Shown here piece by piece: positions 26,535-38,605 of a stretch of DNA of 64,000 bases. Source of the DNA: Geosiphon pyriformis uo1 (taxonomy: Eukaryota > Fungi > Glomeromycota); contig JAAOMT010000226.1 in the NCBI GenBank assembly GCA_016748015.1, positions 416,604-480,603 on the forward strand. The letters run 5' to 3'. Under the pieces are notes generated by a model. The model saw only the letters and a list, made by a program, of their open reading frames with translations, did not search any database and was not told the DNA's origin. Position numbers and translations under genes: made by a program. Each line of letters opens with the position of its first letter. Position 1 is the stretch's first letter.

Positions 26535-27002
26535 AATATAAATTATGTATATATAGTGAGAATATTAGAAGCAGAAAAAATATTCAATAAAATTTAATTC
26601 AGTTTAAAACAATAATACCTTTTTTTTTAAAAAATAACTTAAAGTAAAATTATATTAATATTAATTATCTAATTTATATTATTATTACTTAATTAAAAAT
26701 ATTAAATATTTTTCTATTATCAACAACTTATGTTAATAAACTTTAATATTTAATTATACTAAAACAATAGCTTTGAATTATAGCTATTAATGAGATACTA
26801 ATTTCTTATTTTTTTTTGTTTATTTTTTTTTATTTTTGTTTATTTTTTTTTCTTTTGTTTTATTTTTTTGTTGTTTACTTAATTAATTAAAAAGTTTAAG
26901 TACAAGTATTTAATATTAAGAATAGTCTGATAAAAGACCTAGAAACAAGAATAAAAATTTAAGAATAGCTTATTAGAAGAACACAATTGTTAAAATAAAC
27001 TG
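26535..27002 (+). repeat. Internal fragment of a family-B LTR
   Basis: Colinear with 32955-33413 and 52820-53305 (e.g. gttgtttacttaattaattaaaaag...aagaatagcttattagaagaacac); both LTR ends are missing. Confidence 0.8.
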
Positions 27003-27530
27003 TTAATTTTTTCAAGTATTGCATCATGGCCTTGATGTTAATTTAAAAGTTTAGATTGAGAAATTACAATTTTTTCTTGAATCAGCTTGCAAACTTCAGG
27101 CTTTAATTGTAGTCATTGTTCTTTATCAGCAATTTTAATTAATTGGTAAATAGGATGGCACCAAGCAGACCAAATTGGTGTAAACATTCATTTAGCTACA
27201 AGTCTTAATGAAAACCTATTAAAACAAACTCCAGTATGAAAGTTAATAATTGCTTGTAAATAAAAAAAGACTTGTTTATATTTTAATCTAAACATGGGAT
27301 CTGTTTTATTTTGAACCCATTCTAAGTAATCTTTAACAGATAAATTTTCTTTAGAAACAACATATAACTACATTAATTTGGAAGCCATTGCATGTCTATA
27401 TATATTACATATCAAATTTTATGACTTATGATGATCAGGACATTTTTTAAAAAACTGCAGTTGACTTTTACTTCGATATTTCTAACATTGTGCAAAGTAT
27501 TTTATATCAATATTCCAATTAATATAAGTG
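27003..27530 (-). pseudogene. Fragment of a putative DNA-transposon transposase (Academ/DUF6589-like)
   Basis: Continuous frame with only point stops: NWNIDIKYFAQC*KYRSKSQLQFFKKCPDHHKS*NLICNIYRHAMA...LQAIINFHTGV...HPIYQLI...HQGHDAILEKIN. The D-x3-E-x2-N motif and overall pattern recall Academ/DUF6589 proteins; the assignment is from memory, not searched. Confidence 0.45.
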
Positions 27531-27723
27531 TTGCTGTGTTTGGAGGGCTTGACAACATGACATTATACTATCTTCTACACAATTATACAAGTATGTGAAA
27601 GATTAATTGACAGTCTTTATTATTAATTATCAGTTGGGAGTAAGAGGCAAAAAGTGTTACAGATGCATTATCAAAATTAGGTTTCTTTTTACCAAGAATC
27701 TGTTATTTGCACTTAGAATCCTA

Positions 27724-29589
27724 CAGTTGAATTAAAACCTTCATTTTTATAATTTGGCCACTTTTTATAATCTGAAACACCTTATATAACATGAAACACC
27801 TTACATGTTCGATTAAATATAAGGCAAAATAATGTTTGAGACATAACAGATACATCAATGCATTATAAAAGCAAAATGTAATAAAAAGTGTGTTCTTATT
27901 AACATGCCAAAAAATGCAAACCAAAAGTGAGCAGCAATCTCTTTGGAAACTAAAAAGACTCTTTGTTAGTACAAATTAGAACATTCTGACTACTTAGCAA
28001 ATAGACTTATCAAAATATTTAATCTAAAAGTTGACTGCTCCATTGTAACAAAGATACTCATGAAATCAGACTGATGGATTGAAAAAAATGTATTTGGCAA
28101 CTTTGATCAATTGACAAAAGACAGAAAAGAGATGTTTCTGAAGATAAATAATGCACTGAGAGAATAGATGCTTGGAGCACTAGCTACCAACTGCATTCTT
28201 ACTAGAAAATTTTTACAAACAAAAGCTCTTAAGTTTGCTAAAAAGTTTTCAGAAAAAAATAACTTTAAAGCATTAGATGGTTAGTTAAAAAAGTTCAAGA
28301 AATGTTATAATTTGCATCATATTAAGATGCATGGCAAAGCAAACAGTACCCTCTTGGAAATTTTACCAGAGAAATGAGAGAAACTGTGTGAAATTATTAG
28401 CAAATATGATCTAAATAATGTTTACAATACCAATAAGACAGCATTATTCTTTAGAATGCCACCAAATACAACTTTAGCAACAAAATTTATCTCTGGCACT
28501 AAGCGTAATAAGAGTCAAATTACCATACTTCTTGTTTGTAATGCAACAGACAGCATCAAGTTGCAGCCTTTAATTATCAACAAAGCCATAAAGTCATGAT
28601 GTTTTCACAATATTAATATGAATGGACTTCTAATTACTTATCATTACAATACAAAAACATGGATGCAAACTGATATTTTTAGTGAATGGCTTAATTTATT
28701 AAATGAAAAAATGCATCACAAGAAAAAAAAAATTTTGCTATTGCTTGATAATGCTGGTTCTCATGGTAGAGAACCTTCTGTATTATCTAATATTATAATT
28801 AGATACCTACTATCCAATACAATATTCTATTTGCAACCATTAGATGCAGGAATTATTGTATTCTTTAAGGCACAATACCAAAAGTTGTTTTTTTTTCATC
28901 TTATTAATCAGTATAATGACAAGATTCCAATATTAACAATAATATTAAAGGATGTGATTGACTTTCTAATTGATGCATAATCAATGGTAACAACAACTAC
29001 AATCCAAAACTGTTGGTGTTATATGGGAATTCTGAATAATAATCAAATACCAGCCTATTTATTAGATATTGAACAAAAACTCTTACAAGAAGTACAAATT
29101 CTTATTAAGCATGTTGATATTGACAAGCTATTGGCAATAGACTTTATTAATATTAACAAGTTTGAACTATTATTCACTTATGTCTTAGAAGATGAAATTG
29201 TGGATTTTATTAATAACAAATATAGTGGAAATTCTAATGCAAATGAAGATTTAGAAAGTAAAAATAAAGATGAACTTTTGTTTTTGCTATCTACACATCA
29301 AGATAAAACTGCACTTGAAGATACATTGTGCTATTGTAAAGAGCAGTATAGTGAAAAAGTTGATTCAGACTTTTTTAAAACTTTGAGAACATTAATTTAT
29401 AATACTGTTCTCAAAGGTCAAAAAGAAAAAAAACAGTTGCAAATAGATAAGTTTTTTAAATAAATATATATAATTGGTTGTGATATATAGATCATGTGAT
29501 AAGATATTAATCATTTTTTATAATCCCATCTCTCTATAGTCACCACAAATGTATTAACCAAAAGGTGTGATTATAAAGAGAGTTCACTG
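27724..29589 (+). mobile_element. pogo/Tigger-like (Tc1/mariner superfamily) DNA transposon
   Basis: Right end ...GATTATAAAGAGAGTTCACTG followed by TA (29590-29591), i.e. a CAGT-type TIR. The candidate left end TA|CAGTTGAA at 27724 matches only poorly. Confidence 0.75.
27904..29463 (+). pseudogene. pogo-family transposase pseudogene (CENP-B-type HTH + DDE_1), 519 codons, in-frame stops but no frameshift
   Basis: ATG 27904 is in frame with ORFs 28618 and 28984. Motifs FKALDG*LKKFK, VYNTNKTALF (N-x-DETGL), TWMQTDIF, LLLDNAGSH, LQPLDAGII, C-terminal QLQIDKFFK. Confidence 0.92.
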
Positions 29590-29591
29590 TA

Positions 29592-32500
29592 TATACATAC
29601 AATAAAACTGGAAATTAGTGATAGTTATGCACTAATTAATTACTAGTTCCTTAAATTAAGCATCAGAATTATGCCCAGAAAATTCGAAAAGAGAGTACAC
29701 CTAAAATCCAAATTTGCAGAACTATTTAAGTCTTTTGGCTGTAACAGAAAACAACTTATTCAACAACTTAGAAACCAACCACCAATTACTTACCAACTAC
29801 ATCTTATTAACAACTGTTACAGAAAATAAATTACTAGTTGCCATCTTCTTATTTAAGTTAGAAGACCAATCAAAAACTTCATTACTCAATGAAACTGTTC
29901 TTAATACTAAACCAATTATTACAATATATATAGATGCCAAAATTAATAGCCAAGTTATTAAGCTAATCCTTAATAGTAGGTCAGCAAGCAGCATTGTTAC
30001 ATGACAAATTATGAACCAATTAGGTTGTTAAATTGATCATGCTGTTAATGCTAAAATCATTATAGCTAATAGAGTAATCAAAACTTCTATTGACAAAATT
30101 GATAACTTTCTTTTTAAAGCAAATAGTATTATTATGTCAATCAAAATTCTAATCATAAAAGTTACATAATACCAAGCTCTTATTGGTAATAACTAGTTGT
30201 TTTAAACCAATACTGTACTTAACTGGACTATACAAAAGCTATAATTCAATTAAAATAGTTAACAAACTCAAGTACTAGCCACTTGCAGACATTTTAAAAC
30301 AAACATTACTACTTAATTACCACTGATTAAGTTCAAAAAAGAAAAAAAAAACTTACTTGAGAAGCCTATTAAATCTTATAGACTAATGATGACCACAATA
30401 AGCTATCACCAATTTTATTTTGGAATAACAAAAGAAAAGAAAAGGAAGAAAACAAACTTCAAATCATTACTTTCTTAAAAGAAACAACTAATAGTTGGCA
30501 TGTTTTATACTTAGTAAAATCAAGAAAAAAACTATTTTATATTCTTTTCAAATATATTGATTGTAAAAAAAAGCTTTTTTTCATGAAAACTTAAATTTTA
30601 TTAGAAGAAAACTACTGAATACATACTTATTATTATTGCAAACTGTGTCATAAAAAATGCTTTGAGTATTTAAAATAACAAAAAAAGTAGGACAATAAAT
30701 TATGTCTTATTTGTAAGGAAATCTTATTTAATAAAAAAATATGAAATAATATTTCTAGACAAAAAAAATATGCAATATATTATGTTAATACACAATTATT
30801 ATTAGTAATTGGATAAGCAAAAAAACGTTTTTTAATGCCACATAAAACTGAATACTTTCATGTTTAAATAGTTATTTACACAATAAAAATAAGATCTGGC
30901 AAATAACAAATGCAAAAATTAAAGATATTTTATTTAGTAAAATACTCATCATTAAAAATAACCCACCAAAACCTGTCAAAACTATTTTTATTCCAAATTC
31001 AGATATCTTTGTTGATATCTTAAGCAATTCTAAACAATTCTATAAGCACTACTAAGATCTAGTACTGATTAGAAAAGAGCAAAAACAAAAACTAAAACAA
31101 TTGAATACAAAATTATGTAAACACTGTCTAATTCTCAATAATTTCAAATATTGTAATAAATGTGATTTTATTTACAATCTATCACTATACATAATTTATT
31201 CAATTTTTGAAGAGTAAGAATTAATTAGTAAGTGCACTTTGAAATTGTAATCGAAATTCAATTATAATTCAAACTTTGACAATAATAACAACAATGGTTT
31301 CAATATTGTTTACTATAACAACAATAATAACAGTAATTTAAACTCTGATTATAATTTTAAACAATATATCATGCTCTTAGATCTTTCAAAAAAGCAAGAA
31401 CTTAAATAATTTAATGATAATAATAAGAGTATTATGCCAAAATGTATACATAATATTAACACAAAGTTTGATCTTAAATACTTAGAAAAAACTGCTATTT
31501 AATAGGAACTTTATTTACACATTAGTATAAATCTGAAGATAGTATTAGAAATTTTAGTAATAACAATAATCTAATTAGTCTTTAGATTTAGTTTAGCAAA
31601 AAAAAGAATTAATATTAGAAAAGAAATAATTGACACAGAATATGTAAAAAATATTATTGCAATACTACAAAATAACTCAGAAAAAGAATAGTACTATCAA
31701 ATTAAACAAAAAATAGCATAAGCAATATTTTTGTCTTTGATTAAAATAACTTAGTTAATACTAATGAGAACAAGAAAAGAGTTAAAAATTATGACAAAAA
31801 AAATTAATAGATTCAGATCTATAAATAAAGTAGAAGTGCCAGTTAATATGACAAGAAAAAACTATTAATTAGGAAAAAATTATTTTTAACAATCAATTCA
31901 TTTTTATTTTACCATATAATCAGCATATGTTAATTATAAAAAAAAAGTAAAAAATCAATTCCAAATTTTTGAAGTAAAAGCCACTATTTGTGAATCAAAA
32001 AAAATTGGTATTACTAATTTCTACATACTAGCCAAAAACTACAAACACATTAAGATTTCAATACATAACACAATTAAAAACTTCATAAAAATACCAAATA
32101 GAATCATTATTAGATATTTAAACACTAAAGTTGAGAACCAATTACCAATTATTAACTACTATTTCAAACTTTTCACAACTGTGTAAATATGTGAATATTA
32201 TATTAAAAACAATTTATGAACAAAAAAAATATTATTTGCTATAATCAGAACAGTTAAAACAAATAAACTTGGGGAATTTAGATCTATTTCAACATATACA
32301 GTTTAAGATGTTACTTAATAATTTTATTGATATCTTTGCAAGTAAAAATAAATTTGGCAAAATTGACATTATCAAATCAAAACTGGGAATGCCATATTAA
32401 TTAAGCAATCAACATACAGAGTATTACCAGTTAGCCATAAAATTATCTGACAAAAAATCAACCAAATATTGAATAATAGATTAATTCAATTATTAATAAG

Positions 32501-32761
32501 TTTATAGTCTTTACCAAAAGTATTTTTTTGGAAGAAAAATAAGAAAATCCACTTTTGTGTAGATTACAGAAAGCTCAATAATGTAACTTGTAAAAACAAT
32601 TATTCAATTCTATGAATTTAAAAACTATTCAATGCTTTTAAAAAGAAGAAATAGTTCTTCATATTAAATTTAAATAGTGTTTATTGGCAAGTAGTCATAA
32701 ACCCAATTAATAAAGAAAAAACAATATTCACTATTAGAGAAAAAAACTTTAAATTTGATGT
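29592..32761 (+). mobile_element. Gypsy family B copy B1, left part (protease, Cys-rich module, dUTPase, RT N-half); gag missing
   Basis: KLILNSRSASSIVT (29714..30004); dUTPase motifs; FCVDYRKLN at ~32553; breaks at FDV| where the B2 LTR begins. Confidence 0.9.
31431..31825 (+). pseudogene. dut: dUTPase domain within B1 pol
   Basis: NTKFDLKY (DAGFDL), FRFSLAKKRINI (RSSLA), IIDTEYV (IDAGY), KIA*AIF, NRFRS (GFGST). Confidence 0.85.
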
Positions 32762-33580
32762 TATTACTTATAAAAAAAGTACAAGAAAAAAAACAAGAAA
32801 AACAGATAGAAAAATAGACCAATAGAAAAATAATACTTAGCAAATAAGCACAATATTAAAAAATTATGATATATTGTTTAGCAATAAGCACATTGTTAAA
32901 AAAAATAAGGCATATTGCTCAAAAAAATATAAGATCTTATATAACAAGAATTAAGTATATATAGTAAAAATATTAAAAGCAAAAAAAAAAATTTGATATA
33001 AACAAGATCAGTAGACTTATTAATTATTCAATACTTCTTTCTTCAAAAGTAGTTTTTTATAATCTGAAATAGAATTAACTCAAATATAAATAAAATATTA
33101 ATTATTATCTGAAATTAATATTATTATTTATTGATTAAAAAATATTAATCAATTTTATGTTATTAACACTCTATGTTGATAGAATCTAATACTTAACTAC
33201 ATTAAACTATAGCTCTTGATTATGGCTATTAATAAAATACTAATTTTTTATTTTTTTATTTTTTTTTGTTTTATTTTTTTTATTGTTTACTAATTAATTA
33301 AAAATATTAAGTGTTGAATAATTAATATTAAGGATAACCTAATAAAAAACCTGGAAATAAAAGTAGAAATTTAAGAATAGCTTATGAAAAAACATGACTG
33401 TCAGAATAAACTGGTCATCATACTGAAAAAAAAATTCATAGAAAAAACCATTAATTAAATTTCTGTTTATTATATAAAAAACTCAATTAAAACTTTTAGA
33501 TATTACCAATATCATCAACTATTAAGCATCAAGTTATGGGTTTGTTATTTGTTCCAACTCTTAAATAATTACTTATAACA
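32762..33580 (+). repeat. 5' LTR of B2
   Basis: TATTAC (decayed TGTTAC)...TATAACA followed by the PBS; homologous to 52545-53463. Confidence 0.9.
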
Positions 33581-34536
33581 TTTGGTGCTTCTTGTAAAGT
33601 ATAATCTAACAGAGAACCAGCACTAATATCAACTATTCAAAAAAGTGACAAACCAAAAAATTATAAGAGAAAATTATTTAAAATTTGTGAAATTCTTATT
33701 TCAATATTATTAAAGTTATTTTGGATTAACAAGTAACAATTGGTCTGCAGAATTAGCTTTTAATTTTTACATTAATAAAAAAATTAAATTATACTTGAAA
33801 GATTAAAAAGATCTAAAAGCTATTCTTAACAATTTCAATAGCAAATTATTTTAAAACACTATACTTCTACCAAACTATTTGTTTGTATTAATAATTATAG
33901 AAATAAACAAGAAAATTAGAAAATATATTCAGCAAAAATTTCTTATTATTTTTACAGATAAGAAAAATTTACAAACTTCAACAAAAACACCAAAAAAAAT
34001 ACAATTACTTAATTAAAAAAAACCAAGAATTGTTTTACTTATTTATCTGTTATACTATTATATACCAAGAAATACATACATATATTATGAGAATTTATAT
34101 TATTATCAACTACAAAAACACTATTACCTTAAATTTTGTTTCAAAATAATAATAAAAAAGCCAAATTATTAAAAACCTATAGTAATTTTTTTGAAGAATT
34201 TAAATTATGATCTACAACACCATTAAGACTCCAATTACCATTACTTTAACCAAATTTTGGATTTACTAGTCATTGAAAAGATATTAATCCAAAAGAAAAA
34301 AAAGACAGCAATCAAGAAAATAATAACCAAAACCTGATCTTAAATAATTTGAAAATACAAACTTTGATTGTTTAAACTCTGCAAAACTTAAACAATCTAA
34401 ATCTTATTTCTATTATTTAGCAAGACTTACCTCTAGTAATCATGATTAATTTACCAGTTGTACCAATTATCTTATTATAACAACAATTTTAACAATAACA
34501 ACAATAACTAATACTAATAGCATATATACTTATTAT

Positions 34537-35351
34537 TGTTACAAGAGTATTTTCTTGGTATATTTTAATTGTTGATATCCTATTTTAATTGCAATCAGTT
34601 TCTCATGAGTTCTTTAATTTTATGTGTTAAATATTAATGATAATGTACTGAAGGTTTTTTCTTAATATTGTAATATAAGTCTTCTTTTTAATTATAGTTG
34701 TCTTTGTATGTTGTGTATTTCTTTCCAGAGGCTAATCTGAAATCTACTTACTGTTTGGGGTCTTCTCTGAGGCTATTCTTGCAATTGCTTGATGTGTTTC
34801 TCTAATCTAAAAACACAAAATATTAATGGTCTTTTCACAATTTCCCTAAGTATATAATAAAGCTTTTTCAATTTAATTAGTAATCACATGAATAATCTTG
34901 ATCAGAAATTATTCTTCTAAAGAATTCAAAGATAGAATGATAGTTTTATTTACTAAAAAAGGTATGTGAATTCTATTGTTAATTTCATAATTGTGATGTT
35001 CATTCAATTTATTATTTTTATTAATTTTTTTTGAATAAGATTTTATTTAGATATTTGTTGCTTCGAGTTGAAGCTTGTTTTTTTTCATTATTAAAAACTA
35101 TTGTATATATATATAATTATTGTTTTACAAAATAACATCTTGTAATACTCTATTTCTATTATTTCTAAATAGTGCTTGTTGCTATTGTGAAATAGTGCTT
35201 GCTGCTTTTGCACAATAGTGCTTACTGCTATTGTAAAATAGTGCTTGCTGTTATTTGTAAATTATTTCTTTTTATAAATTGTTGCTGTGTTATTTTATGA
35301 TTGGCTAATTTATATTATTTATAATTCCTATTAAATTCTTGAACTGTAACA
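34537..35351. mobile_element. Solo LTR of a third gypsy-like family (815 bp) inserted in B2 gag
   Basis: TGTTACA...TGTAACA termini and exact 4-bp TSD TTAT; the gag frame joins across it; internal 23-bp tandem repeat at 35167-35250. Probably minus orientation. Confidence 0.88.
35167..35250. repeat. 23-bp tandem repeat, 3.6 copies (AAATAGTGCTTGCTGCTATTGTG)
   Basis: Directly visible head-to-tail units without spacers. Confidence 0.9.
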
Positions 35352-38207
35352 TTATCAAACTTGAGAAATTTACTGGTAAAGAAAACAATACCCAAATATA
35401 GTTAAATAATATTACCAATGCAATTACAGCCAATAACTGGAACAATGCCAAAGCTCTTCAAGCTATTTTTTACTTCTTATAAAATACTGCCAACTCATAA
35501 TATTAGAATTTTATCAACAAGCCACAAATTTTTGATGTGTTTAAAACTGCATTTTTACAATACTTTAGTAATTACAACAGCATTAATTGGTTATTAACTA
35601 GTTTTATTATAATCAAACAAGATAATACTAAAGCAGTTACTACTTACTTAAGATGTTTCCACAGAAATTTACATCAGATTCAGACAATTTAAGCTGACTA
35701 CTTTACAGTAACACAAATCTTGAATCAATTTATTTACAGATTACACAGTAGCTTTCTACAATGAATATGTTCAATATATTCAAATATTTTTTAAAACACA
35801 GTCATATATATCTAAGATTTTGAATTGGCTAAACTTGAAGCTAATTATGTCCAAGCCATAAATTTAGTAATAAATGAATTATCTGAATTAAATACCAAAT
35901 TAAAACAATTTAGCAAAACTATCAATCAGAAAATTGATAAATACTTAGCTAATAATTAGACAATCTATCAATCTTTTCAATATTATGACAATTAAAAAAA
36001 CTCTAATCATTTCCAAAATCAATTGTATTTATTATCCTTATCAACTAATTAATTGTGGCAGTATAAGATACATATATGTTACTATTGTAATAAACAAAAA
36101 CACTTAAAACTAGACTGCTATACAAAATTAAATAACCAATAATTGAAAAATTAATATCAAAACTTCAATTGTCAGTTTTAAATTCCAAATTATATTCTGA
36201 ATTAAGAACAATATCAATTTTATTACACACCAATGATACAATAACCAGTATATTCATTTTCAGTATATCAAACTTTAGCACCAATTATTTATTAGCTACA
36301 GCTACAAGTTATCTATTAACCACAACCAATTCAAGCACTATCACAAAACCTAGTTTAAATATTAATGGGCAATCAAAAACTAAGAATTACTCACATATAA
36401 CAGAATTGAAAATTAGTAATAATAATATATTAACTAATCTTCAATTTATTGAATCAATTATTAGAATTACATTAATAGAGTTTGAAAAGTAGATATACTT
36501 AAAACCCAAATTCTCAAAACTATTTAAGCCTTTTAGTTATTCCAGAAATCAACTTATCTAACAACTTAAAAATTAATCAACAACTATTTACTAACAACAT
36601 TTCATTAGTAATTATTACTAAAAATACATATTTCCCTTTAAATTAAAAGAGTTAGCCACAAAATTTCTATTTAGTAGAGCTGCTTTTGATGCCAAATCTA
36701 TTACCACCATATATACTGATATCAAAGTTGATGGCCATCTTATTAAACTAATCCTTAATAGTAGTTTAGCAGACAGTATTATCATATAACAACTTATAAA
36801 CTAATTAAATTGCCAAGTTAATTATGCTGTTAGTGTTAGAATCATTGTAGTTAATAGAATAACAAAAATTTTTATTGGTAAAATTGACAACTTTTTATTC
36901 AAAATCAATGACATCATGACACTCATCAAAATTTTTGCAATAAAAGCTATGTAATATTAAGCTTTTATTAATAATAACTGGCTGTTCAAGATTAATATTA
37001 TACTTGACTAAATCATGCAAGAACTACAGTTCAGTTAAAATAATCAACAAACTTGGATACCAGTTATTATAGATACTTTAAAGCTTTTTTAAGAGAGCAA
37101 CTATTGATTCAGCTAGAAGAAAAAAAAAATCTACTTGGAAAGCCTATTAAGTTTTGTGAACTAAAGATAAATATAACAAATTACTGCCAATACTTTCTTA
37201 AAATAATAATAATAATAATAAAAAAAGAATAAGCCAGAAGTTACTACAGCCACCAAAAAAATAAATAATGACTGAAATAGATTATAATTCATAAATATAA
37301 AGAAAAAACCACTTTATATTTTATTAAAATATACTGATTATAAGAAAAAGCTTTTTTCCATATAAGCTTGAATCTTGTTAGACAAAAATTATTGGATATA
37401 CACCTACTATTATTGTAAACCATGCCACTGAGAATGTTTTAGTTATCCTAAATAATAATAAAAGTGGAACAATGAATCATGTCTCACTTGTAAGGAAACA
37501 CTATTTGACAAAAAAATATAGAATAACATTTTTAGTTAAAAAAATATATGCAACATATCATATTAATACACAATTCTAATCAGTGACTAGATAAGCTGAA
37601 GAATGCTTTTTAATATTGCATAAAACTGAGCACTTTATGTTTGAACAATTACCCACATGACAAAGACAAAATTTGGCAAATAACAAGTATCAAAATCAAA
37701 AACACTTTACTTAATAAAATACTTGCCATTAAAAACAACCTACCAGAATTTGTTGAGACTGTTTTCATTCTTAATATAAATATATTCATCAATATTTTAA
37801 GTAATCCAAAACAATTTCACAAACACTACCAAAAGTTAGCACTAACTAAAGAAAAGCAAAAACAGTATTTGAAACAATTAAATACAAGACTTTATAAATA
37901 TTGCCTAATTTCTAATGACTTCAAATATTGTGATAATTGTGATCTCATCTATAATCTACTATCATGCATAATTTATTTAATTTTTAAAGAAGAAAAACCA
38001 ATCAGTAAATATACATTGGAATTAAAATCAAAATTTAATTACAATTTAAACTCTAATAATAATAACAACAATAATTCTAACTTTGTTTATTATGACAATA
38101 ACAACAATAATAATTTAAACTTTAATTACAACTCTGAACAATATATTGCACTTCCAAATTTTTTAATAGAGCAGAAACTTAAATGGTTCAATAATAATAG
38201 TAAAAAT

Positions 38208-38605
38208 ATTATGCCTAAATACACATATAATACTAATATAAGGTTTAATTTCAAATATCTAGAAAAAACTGCTATCAGATTAAAACTTTATTCATATATT
38301 AGTATAAATCTGAAAATAGCAATAGAAATTCTGACAATAATAATAGTTTAACTAGCTTTTAGATCTATTTTAGTAAAAAAAAGAATTAATATTAGAGGAA
38401 GAATAATTGATACAGGATATATGGAAAATATTATTGCAATACTACAAAATAACTCAGAAAAAAAATACATAATTGAGCCAAATGAAAAGATAACACAGAC
38501 AATATTTTTGTCTCTAATTAAAATAGCTTAATTGGTATTAGTAGAAACAAGGGAAAAATTAAGAATTACAACAAAAAAATTAAAAAAATTTAAATCAACA
38601 AGTAG
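38208..38605 (+). pseudogene. dut: dUTPase domain within B2 pol
   Basis: LAFRSILVKKRINIRGRIIDTGYMENIIAILQN...EKITQTIF...KFKSTS (motifs 2-5). Confidence 0.88.

Noticed and set aside
27904-29463. In-frame stops suggesting an alternative genetic code or readthrough
   Set aside because: Stops of several types occur at former Trp/Gln/Arg codons, and in multi-copy elements they differ between copies, consistent with mutation.
35167-35250. Short direct-repeat arrays (also 9779-9838, 16777-16860, 26407-26530) as CRISPR
   Set aside because: No unique spacers and no cas genes; eukaryotic TE context.
36169-36492. 107-aa ORF repeated at 48449..48772, suggesting a separate gene or a gag-pol frameshift
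   Set aside because: It is a shadow frame. The likely true frame is the Gln/Pro/Tyr-rich one linking the CCHC knuckle to NSQNYLSLL, closed by CAA>TAA decay.
38035-38135. (AAC/AAT)n microsatellite / poly-Asn tract
   Set aside because: Present at the same pol position in all B copies; an Asp/Asn/Ser linker pushed toward Asn by G>A mutation.
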